DNA of 62,924 nucleotides, filler included, from Octopus bimaculoides (lineage: Eukaryota): NCBI RefSeq assembly GCF_001194135.2. It is 3 parts of 3 records of this genome, joined end to end, with 100 filler letters (N's around TTAATTAATTAA, not from the genome) between each part and the next. Parts side by side here need not be neighbours in the genome. Positions count along the whole stretch, not along the records: positions 45,323 to 62,924 come from NC_068985.1; 2 more parts are not named here. One strand, written 5' to 3'. Position 1 is the first letter of the stretch; each line of letters begins with the position of its first letter. Below, piece after piece: positions 53,631 to 62,924 of this stretch. The notes below the pieces were generated by a model. The model saw only the letters and a list, made by a program, of their open reading frames with translations. It was not told the DNA's origin and made no database searches. The translations under genes were made by a program, and so were the position numbers.

Positions 53631-53694
53631 TGTGTAGATCCAACCCCTTTATTCAGAGATAAAATTCTCAGAATAAAGGGGTTGGATCTACACA
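53631..53694. repeat. Perfect 24-bp inverted repeat (64-nt hairpin), intronic
   Basis: TGTGTAGATCCAACCCCTTTATTC (53631-54) and GAATAAAGGGGTTGGATCTACACA (53671-94). Confidence 0.9.
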
Positions 53695-54319
53695 ATTATG
53701 CCTTTCGATCAATAGGGTTGATAAAATAAAGTACCAGTCAAGTACTGGAATTGAACTAATTGAGTGATGTTAGTGTTTCACTGGTTCATTCAAGTAAGAG
53801 ACTGTGGTTGAGAAACCTGTAAAATTCTCTTAGAGTTATTCATATTCTAAGTGTAGATGAGAATGTCAACTTCAAAGACCACAGTTCTTCTGTGACGAGC
53901 AGCTACTCCAATATTATTAGTCTTGGCAGATGCAGTGATACACAATGCCACACAAATCCTAAAGTTAATGGGAAATGGGTGTAGTTCAGCCTCCTGCAAG
54001 TTCTAATGGATTGAAGATTTTCAACCAGTTCATAGCAATAAACAACGAATAGATAAATCTCTTCTGGAAAGGTACCAACCAATCTGAAGAAATATTTTTG
54101 CATAATCTGGCACCTATTTCCAATAGATAGCTAGGTGAATTGCAGAGCATATAATTAAATATTTTGTCTAAATAAAGAACCAAAATACCAGTAAAGTACA
54201 GATCTATGGGTGGGTCATTCAATATCACATCTACTTTTACATTTTGATTCTCCTATTCAAAAGTATATCAAATAATTTTGAATAGATCAGGCCTTCTTCC
54301 ATTTTGTCATTGTTTACCA

Positions 54320-54745
54320 GGCATAGCTGTGTAGTTAAGCAGATTGCTTTGTAACCATGTGATTTGGGGTTCAGTCCCACAGTACAGCACCTTGAACGAG
54401 TGTCTTCTACTATAAATCAAGGCTGAAAAATGCCTTGTGAGTGAATGTGATTGGCGGAGACTGTGTAGAAGTCCTTTATGTGTGTGTGTGTGTGTGTGTC
54501 TGCATGCATGTATGTATATATCTATGTGTTATGTGTGTGTGTCTGTGTGTTTGTTCCTCACCACTGCTTGACAACCAGTGTTGGTTTGTTCATGTCCCTG
54601 TAACTTAACTAAAAAGCAAAAGAGACTAAAAGAATAAGTACCAGATTTTCAAAAGAAATAAGTTCTGGGGGAAATTTGTTCAACAAAAATCTTCAGCAAA
54701 GTACCCCAGCATGGCTACAGTTCAAAGACTGAAACTTGTAAAAAA
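54320..54745 (+). mobile_element. SINE family A, intronic and diverged
   Basis: Head and tail recognisable. Confidence 0.75.
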
Positions 54746-54997
54746 ACAAATGACAAAGAATATTACTCCATTATTTTTTTCTTTTGTTCTCTACCTGTTT
54801 CTCTTGTCAATGGATAAATTATTCAAAATGTTGATATTTCTTTCTTTCTCTCATTGTACAATGAACACTTGTAAACTTCGTTACTTCTTTTTTTCTCTTT
54901 TTTCCTTCCTCACAGTCCATCTTCAGTATTATCTATAGCTATAACATAGTGAATGTTATCTGAAATATTCTATCATTTTCTTTCTCTCATTTACCAG

Positions 54998-55065
54998 GTG
55001 TTTCTTGAGATAGAATCTCTACGAAATCGGAATGTTTCAAACAATATCATGGTAAGAAAATTCAG
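54998..55065 (+). CDS. Coding exon 3 (recovered): loop between TM2 and TM3
   Basis: Acceptor ctctcatttaccag|GTG, donor TTCAG|gtaagt; 68 nt, phase 0/2; VFLEIESLRNRNVSNNIMVRKF+ag; phase matches the next exon. Confidence 0.85.
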
Positions 55066-55224
55066 GTAAGTGTTGTATTTTTATCTTTCATAATTCTCTT
55101 TTCATGGATCAACTCTCTAATCCATCCAAACCAAACTACTCAGTAGCCAAATTAGTGTGTTGCTATGTGGTTTATTAAGCTACTAGAAATAGTTCACAAA
55201 TCCCTCTCAAAGCATACTCTACAG

Positions 55225-55558
55225 CAGGAGTTCTCAACTTGGGTCCATATGGACCCTTGAGGTCCATATAAGATTTTGCGGGGTCCACTGATGCAATATA
55301 GTAGATTGGAGGTTCACAGTAAATTTTCATGGGCCATGAAAAAACTGTATTTTAGACTAGTAAAGTTTATGTGCAATAAATTGGTTATACATTCAAAATA
55401 CACAAACTATTTCAACAATTTTTATACAAGTCCTAATCATATTTTTAATTATAAAAATACAATAGGATTTTTTAAACATCGAATGGCTATGGGAGTCCAC
55501 CCAAGTAAAATAGGAATTAAAAGGGTCCATAGATAATAAAAATGGTTGAGAACCCCTG
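55225..55558. mobile_element. hAT-type MITE, intronic
   Basis: TIRs CAGGAGTTCTCAAC / GTTGAGAACCCCTG (13/14); degenerate 8-bp TSD ctctacag / atttacaa. Confidence 0.75.
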
Positions 55559-56319
55559 ATTTACAAGCTTAAATAAGAAAAACACATATTAGATATGTAG
55601 TAACAGTATATCATCACCCACATCATCACTCCTAAAATCATGAGAGGGTCATGGGTTAAAATAACTTTGATTATAGGTCAACTCAGTCAGAGTTTATCAG
55701 GGATTAAATATCAACAAGAAGAAAAATATTCATGACTGCATGTTAGCAAGCTTCAGAATTTCCATTTTATATTTAAAAAGAATTGGTATGTCAGTGTTTG
55801 GAATCTGCTGCATAATACCCATCCCTCTTTGCCATTCTAACTATGGAACTGTTTCCTCATCTGCAATAATTATATAATGATTTTACTGATGTATCCTGAT
55901 GTCTTCCAAGCAAAATAATTTACGAGATGCACACAGGTTAGATCAGATGTGGGGCTGTGCCAATGCAGTACAATCACTGCATCCACCACTTGTCCGTATT
56001 TGCTGGGGCCACCCTGGGCAACCCTCCAAGCAGTGTCCCCAAGCCCACCCAATTGTTTTTGCGCAGTAATATTTCATGTAGTTGTTGGTTATGGCTGATC
56101 AGTTAAAGAATTTAGTGAATGCCCCTAAACTCTATACAGAGGCAGGATGCTCATGCAGGGGTTAACAGTGAGTACCCAGTAGGCAGTCAATGCAACTCTG
56201 AGGTAGGGGTCTATGAGGTAGAAGTGGTGTCCAGCAGTAGCAGCAGCAATGGCAATGCTAGCAGCAACAACAACAGCAGCAGTACTAACAACATACACTG
56301 AAATATGTTGGAGCAATGA

Positions 56320-56640
56320 TGGACCCTTTTAAGTTGCAACTAAATAACTTCAAATCTTCTATTAGGATCCCAAAGAGGTGCAACATTATGGCACTGGTCA
56401 ATACATGTCCTATTTAAAAGAAAAGGAAATGCCATGCAAAATTAAATGGAAGCACCTGAAACATTCTGAGCCATACCTCAATAGAAGAAGACAATGCAAA
56501 CTTTGCATGGCCAAAAGAGCAAGGATCCTTCAAAAAATTCTCTTGGTTCAGGTGCCTCTTAAATTCAAAAAGTGAGGATTTAGTTGATGCCTTCAGGATA
56601 GAAAATTTGTGTTAGAAAAGTGGATTTCCTTGCTGCAATA
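56320..56640 (+). mobile_element. Decayed Penelope-like GIY-YIG C-terminal fragment
   Basis: YMSYLKEKEMPCKIKWKHLKHSEPYLNRRRQCKLCMAKRARIL fits the 'YIW.LK...IKW.IL...Y....C.LC..EK..I' pattern of PLE endonuclease C-termini. Confidence 0.6.
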
Positions 56641-56821
56641 GCAGATGTGAAACCAATGGTAACTTTCTGCCCAGCCATAACCAATAATGTAATGTGTGTG
56701 TGTATTCATATTTATGTGTGTATATATATATATATATATAGGTGAGAAAGTTGGTATGTGAAAGCACGTGGTTGGATGTATAAAAGATAATAAGAGTGAA
56801 AAAACTACAGAAGACTTGTGT

Positions 56822-56994
56822 TATATAGTTAAAGTATATATTTAAATTATGTTAGAAAAATGTTATAAAATCTTTTTGGTATATAAACATTGTATTTTGA
56901 GAAATAACCGGTTTCGTGTTGTCTTTTCAAATTTCTCTACTTCATTGTAACGTGTTCGCTCTGACATAATTTAAATATATACTTTAACTATATA
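56822..56994. repeat. Perfect 31-bp inverted repeat enclosing a hammerhead motif (probable Penelope inverted pLTR)
   Basis: 56822-56852 is the exact reverse complement of 56964-56994; the right arm runs into a gap. Confidence 0.75.
56899..56937 (-). ncRNA. Minimal type I hammerhead motif with U3-A8 core variant
   Basis: Minus strand GAGAAAT-TTGAAAA-GACAACAC-GAAA-CCGG-TT-ATTTCTC: perfect 7-bp stem I, palindromic ACCGGT stem III, stem II reduced to one G-C pair. Confidence 0.5.
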
Positions 56995-58051
56995 NNNNNN
57001 NNNNNNNNNNNNNNNNNNNNNNNNNNNNNNNNNNNNNNNNNNNNNNNNNNNNNNNNNNNNNNNNNNNNNNNNNNNNNNNNNNNNNNNNNNNNNNNNNNNN
57101 NNNNNNNNNNNNNNNNNNNNNNNNNNNNNNNNNNNNNNNNNNNNNNNNNNNNNNNNNNNNNNNNNNNNNNNNNNNNNNNNNNNNNNNNNNNNNNNNNNNN
57201 NNNNNNNNNNNNNNNNNNNNNNNNNNNNNNNNNNNNNNNNNNNNNNNNNNNNNNNNNNNNNNNNNNNNNNNNNNNNNNNNNNNNNNNNNNNNNNNNNNNN
57301 NNNNNNNNNNNNNNNNNNNNNNNNNNNNNNNNNNNNNNNNNNNNNNNNNNNNNNNNNNNNNNNNNNNNNNNNNNNNNNNNNNNNNNNNNNNNNNNNNNNN
57401 NNNNNNNNNNNNNNNNNNNGTCACAAAGTCATCAGTGGTGCCCCAGCAGTCAGCCAGACAACAGGAAATGTAATGTAATGTAATGTAATATCATCATCAT
57501 CATCATCGTTTAATGTCCGCTTTCCATGCTAGCATGGGCTGGACAATTTGACTGAGGGCTGGTGAACTGGATGGCTACACCAGGCTCCAATCTGATTTGG
57601 CAGAGTTTCTACAGCTGGATGCCCTTCCTAACGCCAACCACTCCGAGAGTGTAGTGGGTGCTTTTGTGTGCCACCGGCACGAAGGCCAGTCAGGTGGTAC
57701 TGGCAATGGCCATGCTCAAAATTGTGTATTTTTCATGCCACCTGTACAGGAGCCAGTCCAGCGGCACTGGCAACGATCTCGCTCGAATGTCTTTGCACGT
57801 GCCACCGGCACAAGTGTCAGGAAGGTGACGCTGAGCACAGGTGCCATCCCATTCCCATTTCTGAGTATACTTACCTTGTGTTCTGTAATATTTTTTTTAT
57901 TGTGTTTCAATTTTGAATTTAAAAAATGGTTGTTTACATGGTGGTAGCAGGGCTGCCCATTCAGCAAAAATAAGCATTATTCTTTCATATTCAAAATATT
58001 CATCTTTTAAACATCAACTTCTTTTTATTTTTATTCATTTTTTTTTTTTAG

Positions 58052-58159
58052 GATATTCATGGGAGCTGGAATCACATGGGTGTTAATGACAGTTGGCCTG
58101 CAAATTCTCTATTTTTGGATTTATCGTTCACATATATTCATAACCACTGAGAGTTTAAG
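58052..58159 (+). CDS. Coding exon 4 (recovered): TM3
   Basis: Poly-T acceptor ttttttag|G, donor AAG|gtaagt; 108 nt, phase 2/2; (R)IFMGAGITWVLMTVGLQILYFWIYRSHIFITTESL+ag. Confidence 0.9.
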
Positions 58160-59214
58160 GTAAGTAAGCATCTAAGGAAAACAATCTTGTAATGTTGAAA
58201 TATTTGACATACCTGCCATGATGTTATAAGAGCTAGTTGTTATTCTTCCCATTGTTGTTTAGCCTTGGGTGATTACCTGTCATATTGATGTATGGCCAAC
58301 AGCATTAAAGCTCTGGCCATCCCATCAGTGTTCAAGATTATATTACTCAACATGAGTCATAAAGGTGTGGTTTATAAAGATATATGACTGGGATTTCCAA
58401 CAGGTCCTTAATACAAAAGGTTTATGCAGAGGAAGTAAAATCATTCTATGTTATTGCTTGGTTGTGACCTATTTATTCAAATCCTATTTTGGTGACTTTT
58501 ATTTAACATTTGAATGTAGTCATTCCCATGTATAACTTTAGCTTCACGAATACTTTAACCGTGTGACACCTATGTATGACAATGAGAATCAAAATTAACT
58601 AAAAATAACTACAAATATCTTGGATAAAGTGTAAGAATCAGGCATATAGATTCGTTAGTTTATTATGCATGAACTAAAGGTAGCTGAAATGAATCTCATA
58701 CTAAATACTAGTCTTGTAGCCCCTCCTCAGTCACCGCCAGCACACCTATCTCTCCTCCTTTCCTTATCCTTGTTGTGTCCCATCCAACTTTCCTTCTCCC
58801 AGTCACCACACTAATTCCTATGTCTAGTCCTTTCTCCCCAGAATATTGTCTGTCCGGAACCCCCTCCCTGCTAATGTCTTTCAAGTAGGTATTAACTTGC
58901 AACAGTTTAAATAGAATTTTAATGGCATTGATCTCACTTGTCTTGGGAGGTGTATGACTAAATAATAAATAAATAACCATTTGGAAACGTTTCCATATAT
59001 TTTTGACTTCAAATGTGATTACTGCTATCTCTGCCTTTCACTCATTCAGAGTAGGCTAATCATTTGTTGCCCAAAGAAGTAACAGTTCCCTGTACACTGT
59101 CACCACTTCCTTACACTAGCAATAACATTTGTTCTAAAGCTACCTACAGAGGTAATTAGATTGATCACCAAGGTATGACAAATTATCAGGAAGGTGCAGG
59201 TGTGGTTATAGGTA

Positions 59215-59488
59215 CAGGTGTGGCTGTGTCGTTAAGAAGTTAGCTTTCTAACCACATGGTTTTGGGTATTCCCACTGAGCAGCCCCTTCTGAAAATGTCT
59301 TCAGCTTTAGCATCAAGTCAACCAATGCTTTGTGAGTGGATTTGGTAGATGGAAACTGAAAAAAGTCCATCATGTATACATACATACATACATACTGTGT
59401 GGATGTTCATTGTGTATTTATAGATGTGTGTGTGTATGTATGTGTGTGTGTGTGCATGTCTTTGTATGTCTTTGTAAGTGTGTGTCTT

Positions 59489-59523
<35 letters not shown>

Positions 59524-59850
59524 ATGGTGAGGTGCATGTCTTTGTAAGTATGTGTCTTTGTGTGTGTGTGTGTGTGTATGTGCATGTGTGCACGTCTTCG
59601 TATGTGTGTCTTTGTGTGTGTTTTTGTGTAAGTGATGGTGCATATATGTGCGTATATTTATATTTATGTTTGTCTCCTACTACTGTTTGACAAAGGTTGC
59701 TGGTTTGTTTATATCCCTGTAACCTGGTACTTTGACAAGAGTTGAATGGAATAGGTACCAGACTTAGAAATAAGTACTAGTCTCAATTTGTTCAGTTAAA
59801 CCTTTCAAGGTTCCAGCATGGCCACAATTCTAATAACTGAAACCAGTGAA
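59215..59850 (+). mobile_element. SINE family A with expanded internal (GT)-rich tract, intronic
   Basis: Head at 59215 and tail at ~59850, separated by ~280 nt of microsatellite. Confidence 0.7.
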
Positions 59851-61125
59851 AGGTAACTCTGACCTTGTTAAGAATATTCTCATGCATAACTTTAATGACT
59901 CTCAAACCATGCATTCATATACTTTGTTTACCAAATACTCTCCAGACTGCTGATTTTGGCATCCTTTCAAATGCTGTTCTCTAGATCACAGACATTTCAA
60001 ACTAAAACGGTTTATTCTTATCTAAGAACTTTTGTTATGCTACAAATTATACAAAACATATTACTATAAATATGTATAAATATGTATAACAAATATATTA
60101 TACAAAACATTACTACAAATATTTTCCCATCTTCTGACACAAAATGAAATTGCACTTTAATATAGCAAATCCTGCCAAGCTAATTCTTCTGTTTCTACAG
60201 GTTAATAATATCAGAACTACACACTAATGAATTAAACTTGTAAATTTATTAATAATTCAACTGCTAATACTTGTGAGTTAATCAACTTAGAAGATGAAGT
60301 AAGGTGATTGAAGGTGAAAGAAAACTATTGAGAATTAAGTGCCATGGCCACATGGATATTTCAGTATACTGGCAATGGGATGTGAACCCTGAACCAACTG
60401 GTTGATAGATAAATGCCTATGTGTAAATATATGGCAGTAGTTTTGATTAAATAAATCATTATCAAAGAATAAATAAATAAATGATAGCTACAAGAAACAA
60501 ATGTTCTGAAACACCAACTAGTTTGATCTATAATAAACTGCAGCCAAATATTCAAATTACACCTATTGTCTTAAAAAAGAAGACCGTTTATATCATAGAG
60601 CCAGTTACATTACCAACAACAACATCATCGTCCTTATCCCCATCGTCATCATCATCATCATCATTTAACATTTGCTTGCCACGCTGCTGTGGGTTGGACA
60701 GTTTGATAGGAGCAGACTAGCTAGGGAGCTGCCCAAGTTCCAAATGTGTGTTTCAGCTTAGTTTCTATGGCTGGATGCTCCTTCTTAATGCCAACCACTT
60801 CAGAGAGTGTACTAGGTGCCTTCTACGTGGTTCTGGCACAGGTACTTTTATGTGACACTGGCACGAGCACTTTTACATGGCACCAGCATGAATGCTTTTT
60901 ACATGACATCAGTGCTCACGAGCCCTCAAGAGTAGGACCTCTCAGTTAAGAGAAGGATGCAGAGAACATACCTGTAAGCAGAGACAGCTACTATGCCAGG
61001 AGGGAAAAAAATGTAGTGATGAAGTTGGAATTCCACCTTTTTATCATCAGGCTGTCTTGAGACTAAACAACAGCTGCAATAATAAGAAATTCAATTTTTT
61101 TTCATTTTGTAATTTTCATATACAG

Positions 61126-61303
61126 TTCAGCTACTATTTGGAGCCTTGTAGTCTTGGAAGTTATTGGCGTTTTTATGATCAACACAGTGAGCTTAGCAGC
61201 TGTCTGCAACTATGTGATACAGTGTGAAGCTATCATACTCTTTGTAAGGGGAATATCTCTTCGATTTCTTGATTCTGGACAGGATCTGCCGAAAGGCATG
61301 AAG
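61126..61303 (+). CDS. Coding exon 5 (recovered): TM4 and following helix
   Basis: Acceptor ttttcatatacag|T, donor AAG|gtagat; 178 nt, phase 2/0; (S)SATIWSLVVLEVIGVFMINTVSLAAVCNYVIQCEAIILFVRGISLRFLDSGQDLPKGMK. The five exons total 741 nt, 247 codons with no stop. Confidence 0.88.
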
Positions 61304-61436
61304 GTAGATATAACTTATACTATTATTATTATTAATATATTTTACTTCTTAGAGATCTCGGTCTTACTTGCTCTGGTTGATTCTGTGAGAGTGGACAGCA
61401 CCCTTTTGTCAGAAGTCCCACGGAGTCTATTATTAT

Positions 61437-62125
61437 ATGAAAACTCACACCTTATTTTGTTGGGTATGGTGGAAAGTGTCAGCTGTCCACAGCCAGCAGA
61501 CTAAGGTGACACTTGTTTACTGGTCATGCTTCAAGAACCCTGTAAAGGAGTCTTGCAGTTCCAAGCAATACTGATTTTTGTAGGTGTTCTACCTTCACAC
61601 TTGCACCGGTCTTTTTCAGCCATGCTGGTAGTTGAGTGCTGATGCTTCCAAGTACACCAAATACTATTGGTATCACATCTACTCCCCTCATTGACCACAA
61701 CCTTCATAATTTTCACTTTTAATCATCATAGTTGTTTATTTTTTCTTCCTGTTTCACATTGATCCTATTGTTACTGGGACATGCTATGTCGATTATCATA
61801 CATGTTCTTTTTTATTCACCACAACAATGTCTGGTTTCCTATGTCTGGTCAGGTGATTGCACAGGATCGTTACATCCCACAGGATTTTGCAATTCTCATT
61901 TTTGGTGACTCCTTCTGCTCTTTGTAGGCCATGATTTCCACAGAGCTCCCAATGGATCATTCTTTCCACATTGTCATGGCATCATATATATTTGCGTTGT
62001 GCCAATTTCAGGCATTCACTAACAATGTGTTGTACTGTTTCACCCCTCTCACCACACATTCAGCATTTGTCGCTATTGGTAGTGCTGCCAATTTTGCACT
62101 TCATATAATTGATTGTGGCATTAAT
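61437..62125 (-). mobile_element. R4/Dong-type non-LTR retrotransposon 3' fragment (CCHC + restriction-like endonuclease), intronic
   Basis: Minus strand SDKC*MCGERGETVQHIVSEC, HDNV, KILWD, RKPDIVVVNK..MIIDIACP, VIPIVFGVLGS...LQKSVLLGTARLLYRVLEA*; the 3' end runs into a (TAA)n tract. Confidence 0.85.
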
Positions 62126-62924
62126 CACGTTTGGATAGTGCTTTTTACGTGCCACCGGTATGGGAACTAATCAGGTGGACCTGGCATTGACCACGTTTGG
62201 ATGGTGCTTTTTATGTATATATATATATATATATATATATAAATATATATATATAAGCCTGGTGTTGCCATCCGGTTTCACCAGTCCTCAGTCAAATCGT
62301 CCAACCCATGCTAGCATGGAAAGCGGACGTTAAACGATGATGATGATGATGATGATATATGTAGAAAGGGAGGAAGAGAGACAGAGAGATAGAAAAGCTA
62401 GAAGAAAGGAAAAGGAAAGGAAATCAACTAGGGAACCATTTAACACAAGTTCAGTTTAATACATTCATATGACAGGAAGAGTAGGAGGACTACCGAGGTG
62501 TGGCTGTAGACACAGAAGTGAGGCAGGTAGATATTGGACATCCGGTTGATTCTGTGAGAGTGAACAGCACCCTTTTGTCAGAAGTCTCACAGAGTCTATT
62601 ATTATTATGTTTTTTTTTCTTCTTTCTTCAAATTTTTTCCCATTTCTCGCCGAGTGTTTTCCGTACACCTAGGACAGAGAAACGTTGTATGCATTCCCAA
62701 TTTACACACGCAAATTCATAGGTAAAACATGTATTTAAGAAAAAAAGAAGAAAAAAAATCATGAATGGATGTTGTTTTCACAGCGATAATGCTCTTCTTA
62801 GTACATGAGTCGTTCCAATTAGCACGATTTTTTGCACCTCCTGTAGAGATGGTAAGCCTGGTATTATTTTCAAATAGATTTCAGTACCTTTTTTTATCAT
62901 TCCTAGAGATCCTACAATCACTGG

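Noticed and set aside
55850-55863. TGTTTCCTCATCTG, similar to the CORE/MIR SINE motif
   Set aside because: Only ~14 nt with no flanking similarity; expected by chance.
56035-56046. GTCCCCAAGCCC resembling a twister ribozyme core segment
   Set aside because: No matching UAA, GAGGG or P1 pairing nearby.
62784-62851. Exon-like segment (ttttcacag|...GATG|gtaagc; open frame IMLFLVHESFQLARFFAPPVEM)
   Set aside because: Starts in a phase incompatible with the phase-0 end of exon 61303; the in-phase reading stops at once. It could belong to a repeat or another transcript, but nothing supports that here.

Overview
Eukaryotic, very AT-rich, microsatellite-dense draft-assembly sequence with many N gaps. 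The repeat families and (TA)n/(CA)n density suggest an octopus (cephalopod) genome; this is an inference. About 45 kb is mostly repeats: three tRNA-headed SINE families, 3' ends of an RTE-clade LINE, RTE endonuclease/RT fragments, a Penelope-like element (RT + GIY-YIG), two mariner relics, hAT MITEs, a Helentron-type (HINE/DINE-like) element, Helitron ends and an R4/Dong-type fragment. One host gene is well supported. Five + strand exons (47686-47847, 48888-49112, 54998-55065, 58052-58159, 61126-61303) have canonical AG/GT sites and matching phases. They splice into 247 stop-free codons of a multi-pass membrane protein with four hydrophobic helices so far, resembling gustatory-receptor-like 7TM ion channels. 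Its first and last exons were not found. The most unusual signals are three hammerhead-ribozyme-like motifs, one apparently non-circularly permuted (26526-26583), a tandem array of SINE heads, a perfect 24-bp intronic hairpin, and a 62-bp direct repeat bracketing the R4/Dong fragment. Most entries in the supplied ORF track are microsatellite or gap artefacts. Repeat boundaries are approximate unless termini are quoted.
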